Source: Nostoc punctiforme PCC 73102 (GTDB taxonomy: Bacteria > Cyanobacteriota > Cyanobacteriia > Cyanobacteriales > Nostocaceae). From it: a stretch of DNA of 32,000 bases. Below are positions 1-11,567 of the stretch, piece by piece. The stretch spans positions 810,001 to 842,000 of the forward strand of contig NC_010628.1 of assembly GCF_000020025.1 (NCBI RefSeq), written 5' to 3'. Position numbers and translations under genes: made by a program. The notes below the pieces were generated by a model, which saw only the letters and a list, made by a program, of their open reading frames with translations, was not told the DNA's origin and ran no database searches. Position 1 is the first letter of the stretch; every line of letters begins with the position of its first letter.

Positions 1-746
1 GTAATTCCCAAAACAATATCCTGTTGTTGCAGGGTGTCTAGTATGTCGGTACTTTCGTCAATTGCAAACGGTAAGCCTGATTTTGCCAGCAAATCAAGGG
101 AATCACGACACTTACCTTGGCGTGGATGAAACCGGATCAGCAATTTTTTCAAAGGTTTATAGTCAGTTAACACCTTAATTAAGATGTGAAGAATTTCAAT
201 CTCGTTAGCATTGGGTTGAGAAGCAAATAAAATATTTTGTACTACTTCTAGAGTATTTTTTCTAGATTTTTTTCTAGCAACCAACCAAGCAAAATAAGGC
301 TGTCCTACAATGCAAATTCGATTTTTTGGTAATCCATCGGTAAGCATTCCTGTCGCACACACTTCATCTATGGCTGTGATAATATTTGGAAAAATTGCTT
401 CTGCATCAGGATTGTTGAATGGTTGAAAACGCTGACGATAATTTGCCCAATAGTCTATAACAGCAACACTAGGAATACCCTCTTGCCTTGCCCAAAAAAT
501 AGCATCGCGTTCAAACTCATCATTTTGAGATGTTCCTGTTAGCAGAATATCTCCTTTTAATCTCACAAAAAGAATTTGGTGTTCTTCAGAAATTGGCGTA
601 CAAGCAACTGCAAGACGTTGAAATTGACGGATGGCTGGGCCTTTAGCATACGCTTCTACCTCTGTACCTGCTGCCCGCAAGGCTGCAACCGTTGCAGCCA
701 CAGCATTAGCACCGCCTGGATCGTGAGCGATCGCAATAATCTTCAT
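1..746 (-). CDS. Unknown-function protein, N-terminal 248 codons only (gene runs off the left window edge). Possibly a GT-B-like sugar/nonulosonate transferase.
   Basis: It is absent from the ORF track because no stop lies in the window. I translated the minus strand from ATG (746..744) to position 3 without meeting a stop: MKIIAIAHDPGGANAVAATVAALRAAGTEVEAYAKGPAIRQFQRLAVACTPISEEHQILFVRLKGDILLTGTSQNDEFERDAIFWARQEGIPSVAVIDYW...IVGQPYFAWLV...LLIRFHPRQGKCRDSLDLLAKSGLPFAIDESTDILDTLQQQDIVLGIT. Its ATG overlaps the TGA of the upstream DegT gene (tcat at 743-746 = ATGA on the coding strand). The function is a pattern-level guess only. Confidence 0.6.
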   Translation of the reverse strand, partial: MKIIAIAHDPGGANAVAATVAALRAAGTEVEAYAKGPAIRQFQRLAVACTPISEEHQILFVRLKGDILLTGTSQNDEFERDAIFWARQEGIPSVAVIDYWANYRQRFQPFNNPDAEAIFPNIITAIDEVCATGMLTDGLPKNRICIVGQPYFAWLVARKKSRKNTLEVVQNILFASQPNANEIEILHILIKVLTDYKPLKKLLIRFHPRQGKCRDSLDLLAKSGLPFAIDESTDILDTLQQQDIVLGI

Positions 747-2014
747 TTATCTTTTCCTCGACTTAACTCTTCAGCATGAGCCAGGACTTTAGCAACAGAA
801 GCTACGAAACGATCAACTAAGTCAATACCCCCAGGTATTTGGATGAGAGTTGTAGATAAAAGTGTCTCGTTATATGTCTTTTCAGCTATGGGACAGACAC
901 CAGTAGGATGACTGACAATTGTCTTGCCTTCTTGTTGCAGCTTTTGGAAAAGAGGTAGTCTGTATAAAGGACGCACATAACGCCCCGTTAAAGGACATCC
1001 TTCTGCTTGAAGTGCCTCCACAAATCTGTCCCGCGACAATCCAGCTTGTTGTGGATCGATCCAGATGGGATATGTATAGTAAACATGGCGATCGCCACTG
1101 CCAACTTTAGCCGTCCGCAATGCTTTAAACTTAGACAAGCCTTGGTCTAAAGCTTCAGCAATTTTTAGCCGTGGCTGTGTCAATTCTTCCAAACGTTGGA
1201 GTTGAACCTGAGCGATCGCCCCTTGAAGTTCAGTTAAACGGTAATTGTAACCAACAATATCAGCATCTTCATACCAGTTTTCCGCTTCTATTGCGTTCTC
1301 TCCATGATTACGCACCAGTGCTACTCGCCGCGCCAAGTAATCATCATTAGTGACTACAATCCCCCCTTCACCACACTGAATCGTTTTGTGACAATTGAGG
1401 CTGAAAACTCCCAAATGCGCAATTGTCCCCAACCAACGGCCCTGATGCTGACCTCCTGGTGCTTGGGCATTGTCCTCAATTAGAATCAAACCATGTCGAT
1501 CTGCTAATTTACGTAAGCGCACCAGTTGGGCTGGGCCCCCAAACAAATTGACTGCGATAATTGCTTTTGTGCGTGTGCTAATAGCACCTTCAACAGCTTC
1601 TGGATCAATGCAGCAACTAGCCTCCTCATGATCGACAAAAACAGGAGTACCATTTGCCATAACCACTGCTGTTGCCGTTGCTGACATCGTTTGCGGTGGC
1701 ACAATTACCTCATCACCAAAACTAACACCAGCTGCAATCACAGCGGCATGTAAACCACTAGTAGCAGAGTTAACACTCAAAGCGTGACGAACATTAAAGT
1801 AGTTAGCCCATTGTTCTTCTAATGTGCGAACTTGTTTCCCACCCATAAAGTACAGCCCAGCAGCACCGATATAGTCAGATAAAATACCGCTTTTCAATAC
1901 TTGAATCGCGGCCTCTGTCTCCTGAAAACTAGTACTGATATACCTTGGTAATGGCTCTGGAAAAACCTTGGAACCTCCGAGTAAAGCCGGTTTTTCTCTA
2001 GTAATAACCATCAA
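743..2014 (-). CDS. DegT/DnrJ/EryC1/StrS-family PLP-dependent sugar aminotransferase
   Basis: 423 aa ORF. Family hallmarks are SVNSATSGLHAA and the PLP-lysine block FSLNCHKTIQCGEGGIVVTND. It lies 5 nt downstream of the oxidoreductase stop and has an ATGA overlap with the next gene. Confidence 0.85.
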   Translation of the reverse strand: MMVITREKPALLGGSKVFPEPLPRYISTSFQETEAAIQVLKSGILSDYIGAAGLYFMGGKQVRTLEEQWANYFNVRHALSVNSATSGLHAAVIAAGVSFGDEVIVPPQTMSATATAVVMANGTPVFVDHEEASCCIDPEAVEGAISTRTKAIIAVNLFGGPAQLVRLRKLADRHGLILIEDNAQAPGGQHQGRWLGTIAHLGVFSLNCHKTIQCGEGGIVVTNDDYLARRVALVRNHGENAIEAENWYEDADIVGYNYRLTELQGAIAQVQLQRLEELTQPRLKIAEALDQGLSKFKALRTAKVGSGDRHVYYTYPIWIDPQQAGLSRDRFVEALQAEGCPLTGRYVRPLYRLPLFQKLQQEGKTIVSHPTGVCPIAEKTYNETLLSTTLIQIPGGIDLVDRFVASVAKVLAHAEELSRGKDK

Positions 2015-2019
2015 ATTAC

Positions 2020-2991
2020 CTACTTAATTAGAAATTTGTTGTTTCTTGCCATTTCAACAACTTGTAAAGCAAGCACACCATCAGCGCCAGAACAGGTTGG
2101 TTGTCCGCCAATTTTTGCTAATTGCACAGCTTCGGTAACAGCCCCCAAAATGTGGCCTTTTAAGCCAGCTTCACAGATTATTTTTGCTTGGTCTAACTCT
2201 TGAAAGCCTGACCATTGACTAGGTTGAGCTGTCTGCCAAGTGACTTGCCCTCCTCCGGCGCTATACCGCAGCATACCGCCGGTTCCCCAGAGTTCGCCTT
2301 CGCCGATTGAACATCCAGTTCCACGTACTGCAATCAAATATGCAGTTAATCCGCTGTTCCAGGATAGTGCAATTGACTCGGCAGCGTCATCTTGAGCAAC
2401 AGATAATTTTTCCAGACGATATGTACAAGAAACCGATCCGAATAAAGCCAATAACATATCGATCCAATGGGTTCCATTGTGCAATAAACCACCGTTATAG
2501 CGTAAGCAAGCACCAATTGGGGTTCCCAAGCCATCATCTTGGTTCGTTAGATTTTTCAAGGCTTGCAGCATTGGTGTCCAACGACGCGAATAGTTAGTTA
2601 TCAAAATACAGCCCTGTGCAGAGCAAGCAGCTAGCATTATCTCTGCTTCTGCTACATTAACTGCAAGGGGTTTTTCGCACAGGATGACACGCGGTCGCCA
2701 AGCGAGTGCAGCAATAACTCCCTGAGCGTGTAAGTGAGTGGGGCTACATACTGATACTACTTCGAGGTGAAGTCCATCTGGTACATCTTTCAGACTGGAG
2801 TATACCTGTGCCTGGGAAAAACGTTGCAGAAAATTTTTACAAGCCTCTGGATCTGGATCTACTCCTAATACAACTGTTACGTTAGGGATTTGGGCATATC
2901 CTTCAGAATGGCTGAGTGGATCGCCTTGTGGGGAAATGCCAAAGCGATGCCCAATTCTTCCCAAACCAATAATACCGACACACACTTTCAT
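2020..2991 (-). CDS. Gfo/Idh/MocA-family NAD(P)-dependent oxidoreductase
   Basis: 323 aa ORF with an N-terminal Rossmann motif (VGIIGLGRIGHRF) and the family EKP motif (LCEKPLAVNVAEAE). It starts 14 nt after the upstream gene. Confidence 0.8.
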   Translation of the reverse strand: MKVCVGIIGLGRIGHRFGISPQGDPLSHSEGYAQIPNVTVVLGVDPDPEACKNFLQRFSQAQVYSSLKDVPDGLHLEVVSVCSPTHLHAQGVIAALAWRPRVILCEKPLAVNVAEAEIMLAACSAQGCILITNYSRRWTPMLQALKNLTNQDDGLGTPIGACLRYNGGLLHNGTHWIDMLLALFGSVSCTYRLEKLSVAQDDAAESIALSWNSGLTAYLIAVRGTGCSIGEGELWGTGGMLRYSAGGGQVTWQTAQPSQWSGFQELDQAKIICEAGLKGHILGAVTEAVQLAKIGGQPTCSGADGVLALQVVEMARNNKFLIK

Positions 2992-3005
2992 GAGTTTAAT
3001 TTCTC

Positions 3006-3716
3006 TTAGGAGTCAATCCATCCTTGTTGTTGGGCATAGTTAAGAATGTCTACTGTAGTAAATTGTGGATTCTGGGGATAAAGTGTTTCAAAAATGGCTT
3101 TGATGTGATCGTAGTCTTCTTGATAGTCAAGGGTAATACGGAAAAAAGGATTACTTAAGCCTGGAGGAGCAATAATATCCAAGCGACGATATCGCTCTGG
3201 ATGTCGTCGGATGTACCAACCAACATGTTCACCAAAGGGTTTGGTGGAAGCAAAATCAACTGTTTGAGCTAGTGTTTTCCAAGACAACACCATGAGATCC
3301 AGCCCATGAGGATATGAACGTACTTCACAATTAGCAACGTAATCTACATGGGGGTAAGCCGCGAAAAAGGCGCAAATGTGCTGGTCAATCACATAAGGGT
3401 CAATTAGCGGGCAATCTCCGGTTAAAAGGACACTAACTTCTGCTTGATAGTGTCGCCCAGTTTCCACAACTCGTTCTAAGACATTTTCTTCTGAACCACG
3501 AAAGTAAGCAATATTGTGTTTACTGCATAAAGATGCGATTGCTTCATCTTTTTCATTAGTGGTTGTAGCAACTACCACTTCATCTATATAACGAGCGCGA
3601 CGAGCGCGTTCAACCATCAGCAAGAGCATCGGTTTACCCACAGCTTCCTTGAGGACTTTACCAGGAAGGCGTGAAGAACCCATCCGAGCTTCTATAGTAG
3701 CTATAACACGAGTCAT
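3006..3716 (-). CDS. SpsF-type cytidylyltransferase (acylneuraminate cytidylyltransferase superfamily), copy 2
   Basis: 236 aa ORF. N-terminus is IATIEARMGSSRLPGKVLKE, with GDCPLIDP further in. By my manual alignment it is roughly 40-45% identical to the 8187..8924 product over the first ~115 residues. Confidence 0.8.
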   Translation of the reverse strand: MTRVIATIEARMGSSRLPGKVLKEAVGKPMLLLMVERARRARYIDEVVVATTTNEKDEAIASLCSKHNIAYFRGSEENVLERVVETGRHYQAEVSVLLTGDCPLIDPYVIDQHICAFFAAYPHVDYVANCEVRSYPHGLDLMVLSWKTLAQTVDFASTKPFGEHVGWYIRRHPERYRRLDIIAPPGLSNPFFRITLDYQEDYDHIKAIFETLYPQNPQFTTVDILNYAQQQGWIDS

Positions 3717-3787
3717 ATTTTAGTGTTGGTGATAATCTTGGCGTCTAAAAGTTGTAAATTTTGCTGTATTTAAAACCTATAATTTAT

Positions 3788-4468
3788 TTAATTTATATGA
3801 CAATGCAATTGAACAAGAAACTTTTTCAGTTTCGGAATTAAGTTTTCTTTTCTCCTGGTTTTAAGTAAATCTCGTAATGAGCTGCTTAAGATATTTCCAC
3901 CTCTTTTTTTTTCCAGTTCATAAAAATCTTCTCCATCCACAGAGGTAAGTACAACCCCATAAGATTGACCAAATCTGATTCCTGAATTATGTCTATAGCC
4001 TTCTATTCTATAACCAATTAATTCTAATGTATTAATCCATTTCCAAAGTCCTTCATGCTGTCCTGCATAAATTTTAATCAGATTAAGTTTATCGAAGCTG
4101 TGCTTAGTTAATAAAGCCATTGCTTCTAGGGCAGATCCCATAACTGTTTGGACACCCATAACAATACCTATTTCTGCATTTCTATTTATTAAATCAATAT
4201 TCTTTAAGGAAATAACACCTATATGTTGATGATTCTCTCTAGAAATAATGGATAATACAATAGAGTTTGTTTTTTTTATTTCCTGCTCAATTATATGAGC
4301 TTCTTGTTCCCGGTTAATAGGATATACACCATGAATTAAATATCGTGTAATATCTGGATCATTAAACCACTGATGCCAATTACCTTCATAAATATCTTTC
4401 TGAATGTCAGGCAATCTAAGATAGACTATCTCACCTTCAAGGAAGCAGTCATTTTTATTTAAATTCAT
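3788..4468 (-). CDS. GNAT-family N-acetyltransferase (RimJ/RimL-like), candidate PseH-equivalent
   Basis: 226 aa ORF with a GNAT-like core (HIGVISLKNIDLINRNAEIGIVMG ... ALEAMALLTKHSFDKLNLIKIYA). It sits directly downstream of pseI, and the DNA is very AT-rich. The PseH role is inferred from context. Confidence 0.65.
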   Translation of the reverse strand: MNLNKNDCFLEGEIVYLRLPDIQKDIYEGNWHQWFNDPDITRYLIHGVYPINREQEAHIIEQEIKKTNSIVLSIISRENHQHIGVISLKNIDLINRNAEIGIVMGVQTVMGSALEAMALLTKHSFDKLNLIKIYAGQHEGLWKWINTLELIGYRIEGYRHNSGIRFGQSYGVVLTSVDGEDFYELEKKRGGNILSSSLRDLLKTRRKENLIPKLKKFLVQLHCHIN

Positions 4469-4516
4469 AGTTTAATATCTCCTTTTATCAAAAATATTTT
4501 CACTAATAAAAGCTGA

Positions 4517-5569
4517 TTAAATACACAAATTCCAACTTATAGGCGTACCAATTTTGGCATCTTGCTTAATTTTTTTTCCTAGAATAGTGTCGTAATATTT
4601 TGGTGATAAACCCAATCCTGGGCGTACTGCTCTTAGGTTTTCTGATGTGAATATATCCCCTGCTTTCATGTCTTTGGCAATATAGAGCGAGCGCCGAAAA
4701 ACCAGCGACTCTTTTTCAGCCTCAGTTGCTCCATATTTTATGTTGCCCAAAGCTTGCCAAGCTCTTTCACTTTCAATCACCAATTGTTGCATTTCTTCAG
4801 GTTCCATTGAAAAAGCTGAATCAACTCCACCATCAACCCGACGCAGCGTAAAATGTTTCTCAATAAATGTGGCTCCTAGTGCAACACTGACAACAGCAAC
4901 TCCAATTCCCATAGTATGATCTGATAACCCTACCTGGACATTAAACAAATCATGCAGATGGGGAATTGTTAACAAGTTACTATTTTCTGGTGTAGCAGGA
5001 TAGGTACTGGTACATTTAAGTAATATTAAGTCCTGACATCCAGCTTCTCTCGCTGTTATGACTGTTTCATCTAGTTCTGCTACAGTAGCCATACCAGTAG
5101 AAATAATCATTGGTTTACGAGTGCTGGCAACTTTGCGAATCAGAGGGAAATCAGTATTTTCAAAAGAAGCAATTTTATAAAAAGGTACTTCTAAAGATTC
5201 CAGAAAATCTACAGCACTAGCATCAAAGGGAGTACTAAAACCGATAATTCCTAGTTCTTTGCATCGGTCAAATATTGGTTTGTGCCATTCCCAAGGTGTA
5301 TAAGCTTGTTGATATAGTTGATATAGAGAATTACCATGCCATAAACTATCAGGATTATTAATATAAAATTCACCCTCATTTATATCCAACGTCATAGTAT
5401 CTGCTGTGTAAGTCTGGATTTTAAGTGCATTTACTCCAGCTTTAGCAGCAGCTTCAACAATTTCTAAAGCATGCTCTAAAGATTGGTTATGATTGCCAGA
5501 CATTTCGGCAACAATAAAAGGGGGATGGTTTTGACCAATTTGTATTCCGGCAATATTAATTTCTTGCAT
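4517..5569 (-). CDS. pseI: Pseudaminic acid synthase (NeuB/SpsE family nonulosonate synthase)
   Basis: 350 aa ORF. PFIVAEMSGNHNQSLEHALEIVEAAAKAGVNALKIQTYTADT, LILLKCTSTYPA, VGLSDHT and a C-terminal SAF-like tail (SLYIAKDMKAGDIFTSENLRAVRPGLGLSPKYY) align along their length with my recollection of Campylobacter PseI. Confidence 0.85.
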   Translation of the reverse strand: MQEINIAGIQIGQNHPPFIVAEMSGNHNQSLEHALEIVEAAAKAGVNALKIQTYTADTMTLDINEGEFYINNPDSLWHGNSLYQLYQQAYTPWEWHKPIFDRCKELGIIGFSTPFDASAVDFLESLEVPFYKIASFENTDFPLIRKVASTRKPMIISTGMATVAELDETVITAREAGCQDLILLKCTSTYPATPENSNLLTIPHLHDLFNVQVGLSDHTMGIGVAVVSVALGATFIEKHFTLRRVDGGVDSAFSMEPEEMQQLVIESERAWQALGNIKYGATEAEKESLVFRRSLYIAKDMKAGDIFTSENLRAVRPGLGLSPKYYDTILGKKIKQDAKIGTPISWNLCI

Positions 5570-5621
5570 AAATTATCACACCTGAAAAATATTTTATTAG
5601 CTTTTTATTAGAATTAAATAT

Positions 5622-6338
5622 TTATATATCTTTTAATTTATTAGGAATAATCAGTGAACGTGTAGCTTCTAACCCAATATTCATGAGCGTATCTAAAATA
5701 GAAAGATGCGAAACAAAGATTTTACCTCGTTGTGAGTAGCAGGGATGCTCCCATATTTGATAGTTTAACTTAATATCTTCCTCAATAAACAGATGCTTTT
5801 CTTCTTCAATGTAAACCTTAGAACCCATAGGACTGTAATAGTAGTCAGCATCAAGCTGTTGGCATAAATTCACAAGCATTTCTGTTCTTCTACCTTGTGG
5901 ATTTAAGTCTGATGCTTTAACAAAATTTGGCGATAGACCTAGTAAATCTGCAAAAAGTTTGATAAGAGAAATATTCAGATCGACAAGATACTCATATTCA
6001 TAGTTGATAAATTCCTGTATAAATGGAAAGATTGTATGGAAGTAAACCGCAGAACCTAGACACGTTTGAATAGTACCCAGATGCTTTCTACGCCATACAG
6101 ACGGGTTATTTAAAATCTGAATTTTAGATAGAGGTGTATCTAGAGGATGAGCTTTCACAGGAACAGTAAGCCAGATTAGTTGATCATCATTACCTTTGAG
6201 GCGATTACGATTATGCCAAGATTGTTTAACACACTGTACGTTATCTAGAAAGACAAAAACATCAGATTTAGCAATTAGTTCAAAATACCCCAACCAAGGT
6301 AGATAAGTTGGCTGGCTAATAACTACAGTCCTTGACAT
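5622..6338 (-). CDS. WbqC-like family protein (function unknown, found in polysaccharide clusters)
   Basis: 238 aa ORF. The N-terminus VVISQPTYLPWLGYFELIAKSDVFVFLDNVQ is the characteristic opening of the WbqC-like family. Confidence 0.75.
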   Translation of the reverse strand: MSRTVVISQPTYLPWLGYFELIAKSDVFVFLDNVQCVKQSWHNRNRLKGNDDQLIWLTVPVKAHPLDTPLSKIQILNNPSVWRRKHLGTIQTCLGSAVYFHTIFPFIQEFINYEYEYLVDLNISLIKLFADLLGLSPNFVKASDLNPQGRRTEMLVNLCQQLDADYYYSPMGSKVYIEEEKHLFIEEDIKLNYQIWEHPCYSQRGKIFVSHLSILDTLMNIGLEATRSLIIPNKLKDI

Positions 6339-6433
6339 TTGCTCAGATCCTTTGCTGGTTATATTATATTGTGATTAGTAGGCTTTCTTTATAAAACTTA
6401 AGTTTGATTATTTCATTAATCTAATTATTATGA

Positions 6434-7096
6434 TTACATTTTTTTTCGCGGCTGGATTTTTGCATTGTAAACATAAACTGTAAATTCAAAAGGAACGGTT
6501 TCTGGTTTGATTAAATAATCATGCCTCAGTGTAACACAGGGGGAAAGCTCCTCTTTACAGAAGTGGAATACTTGATCTGGATTAACATAGAAAAGCCCAT
6601 CATTAAAGTAGTCAACATATGTAGAAAGTGCATTAAAAGCTAAAACACAGCGTGTATGAGAAAATAAAGTTTTTAATAAGGCTGTCATTATTCCCCAGTT
6701 ATCGCTAAGACGGTTATTGAATACACCATTTATCAGAATATAGTCGAAATCTTCAGGTATACCTTCCGATAAAACATCACGTTGCTCAAACTTATATTTA
6801 GGAAATTTATTTTGAGCAAGCTTAATCATTCCTTCTGACACATCATAGCCAATATACTCGCCTACAAATTCTAATTCTTTTTGTAAAAACGTCAGTAAAT
6901 GTCCTGTGCCACAACCAAAATCAAGAATTTTTTTTGAAGATAAATCACCAGACTGAATAAGAATTTCCATACGACGCTCTTGGGTTTTTCTGTTTGCCCA
7001 TTGTACTGCATGAGGAGTATCACCATGCTGTTGAAACAAGTTTGAATAATGTTGTTTTATAAATAATATGTCTTCTTGGAAATGATGAGATTTCAT
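6434..7096 (-). CDS. Class I SAM-dependent methyltransferase
   Basis: 220 aa ORF with SAM-binding motif I (KILDFGCGTGHLL), followed by an acidic post-I residue (GYDVSEGM). Confidence 0.8.
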   Translation of the reverse strand: MKSHHFQEDILFIKQHYSNLFQQHGDTPHAVQWANRKTQERRMEILIQSGDLSSKKILDFGCGTGHLLTFLQKELEFVGEYIGYDVSEGMIKLAQNKFPKYKFEQRDVLSEGIPEDFDYILINGVFNNRLSDNWGIMTALLKTLFSHTRCVLAFNALSTYVDYFNDGLFYVNPDQVFHFCKEELSPCVTLRHDYLIKPETVPFEFTVYVYNAKIQPRKKM

Positions 7097-7134
7097 AATT
7101 ATTAAATGTAAGAAAATTACTAAATTTTAGAGAA

Positions 7135-8169
7135 TTACATAGAATGCAGAATTTGATTTAATACTCTTCTAGACCCTTGACCATCAACTAAGTTTTGACA
7201 TAATCGAGCCATCTCAGTCCGTTCTTTAGTTGCTAACATTAATTTTTTCAAAGCATTTGCTATTACAATAGGAGCAATATCTTTTCCTTCTCCCAAGTTA
7301 TATATTAGCCTCATTTCACCTAATTTTTTAGCATTAGATGCTTGATTATCTGCCAAAATTAGAATTAGGCTGGGTAAACCCATAAAAGCTAATTCCCAAA
7401 TAGTAGAACCACTAGCAGAGATGGCTATATCAGACCAAGCCATTAGATTGGGCATATTTTGTACATTTCTGTGAAAATAGATAGGAAACTGTAAATGCTG
7501 ACTAGCTACTTGTAATTTTTCATAGTGAGGATTGCTTCCACCTACTACGACTAATACTTCTAAATTACTTAACTCTAGTAGTTTTAAAGCATTAATAACC
7601 TTCAGAGTAAGGTTATTTAGGTCGCTACCACCAAGAGTTACTAGTAACTTTTTCACTATCAGAGGATGTGTTTTCTGCTCTCTTTGGTATTGAGAAAACT
7701 CCCGCCTCAGAAGAGCGTAATTTATACCCAGTAGAAGTTTAGTATAAGGTTCTCGCTGCATATATAAATTCTCATGAGCATAAATATCTTGATTTAACAC
7801 TACATCTGCATAGTAGTATTCTGCGTGCCCATAATCATCAATGAATAAAAGTTTTAGGTCAGATTCCTTGATGATTTCTTGATACTTAGCACCGAAATTG
7901 TAACCATCCACCACAACCCAATTTGCATTAAACTGGCGTGCGAGTTTTGCTGTTTCTTTGGCATCTTCAGCACTTCCAATTTGAATCGGCAGGTGGATAA
8001 CTTCCATTCCTTCTGCGTTTAACCGAGTTTTCAAATCTGGTGCTTCGGTCGCCATCACAAAAACTACCTGGCCACCTGCATCTTGCCAAGCCTGCGCTAA
8101 AGCTAGACAACGCATTACATGACCTGTACCGATTTGTGTTGATGCATCTACTCGGATAAATAGCTTCAT
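7135..8169 (-). CDS. pseG: UDP-2,4-diacetamido-2,4,6-trideoxy-beta-L-altropyranose hydrolase (PseG/SpsG type)
   Basis: 344 aa ORF. The N-terminus IRVDASTQIGTGHVMRCLALAQAW is the typical PseG signature, with a GT-B-like C-terminal half (GGSD...ISASGSTIWELAFMGLPS). Confidence 0.85.
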   Translation of the reverse strand: MKLFIRVDASTQIGTGHVMRCLALAQAWQDAGGQVVFVMATEAPDLKTRLNAEGMEVIHLPIQIGSAEDAKETAKLARQFNANWVVVDGYNFGAKYQEIIKESDLKLLFIDDYGHAEYYYADVVLNQDIYAHENLYMQREPYTKLLLGINYALLRREFSQYQREQKTHPLIVKKLLVTLGGSDLNNLTLKVINALKLLELSNLEVLVVVGGSNPHYEKLQVASQHLQFPIYFHRNVQNMPNLMAWSDIAISASGSTIWELAFMGLPSLILILADNQASNAKKLGEMRLIYNLGEGKDIAPIVIANALKKLMLATKERTEMARLCQNLVDGQGSRRVLNQILHSM

Positions 8170-8186
8170 TTTTGATAAATTAATAG

Positions 8187-8920
8187 TTATGCAGCATATT
8201 TCTTTTGTTCTACATGTGCGTTAATTAGTGACCAATCAGGATACTCTCTGAACAAATCTAAACAATCCTCAAGAGTAAATTTTGGAATTTCAGGATAAAG
8301 CGTTTCAATAATTCTTTTGATAAGTTCAAAATCATCTGCTGTGTCCACTGTCCAACGATGTGAACTTTGATTTTCTGAATAAACTACCTGAGCTAATCTA
8401 TAACGTTCAGGATGCATATAAATAAATGGAGTAACATGTTCTCGGTCAGGTTGTGCGATTGCTTCTACAAATGCTTGATGTAATGCTAGAAATGAAAAAA
8501 CCTCAGTATCCATCCCTCGTGGGTAGGTTCTCTCTAAAGAATTAGAAACATAATCACATTCATGTCTATAATCGAGAAAAAATTGAATTACCTTGTTAAT
8601 CACCAGTGGATCAATAAGTGGACAATCGGAGGTTATCCGAACCACTACATCTGCTTGATGTTCTTTGGCAGCTCCATAGTATCTGGTTAACACATCTTCT
8701 TCAGAGCCTAAAAAATATGGTATTGAAAGGCGATCGCAAAGTTCAATGATTGGCAAATCTGTACTATTGATGGTAGTAGCAATTACAATTTCATCAGCCA
8801 ACTTGACTCGCTTTAATCTCTCAATCTGATATTCTAATAAAGGCTTATCCAATACCTTTTTGAGTACTTTTCCAGGAAGGCGAGTTGAAGTCATTCTTGC
8901 CTGAACAATAATTACAGTTT

Positions 8921-8924
<4 letters not shown>
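8187..8924 (-). CDS. SpsF-type cytidylyltransferase, copy 1 (candidate CMP-pseudaminic acid synthetase)
   Basis: 245 aa ORF with IIVQARMTSTRLPGKVLKK and SDCPLIDP. Its ATG overlaps the pseC stop (tcat at 8921-8924 = ATGA). The PseF role is inferred from its position between pseC and pseG. Confidence 0.8.

Positions 8925-11567
<2,643 letters not shown>

Noticed and set aside
576-1110. Plus-strand ORFs 576..779 and 919..1110
   Set aside because: Both are antisense to well-supported minus-strand genes (the edge gene and the DegT aminotransferase) and have no motifs.
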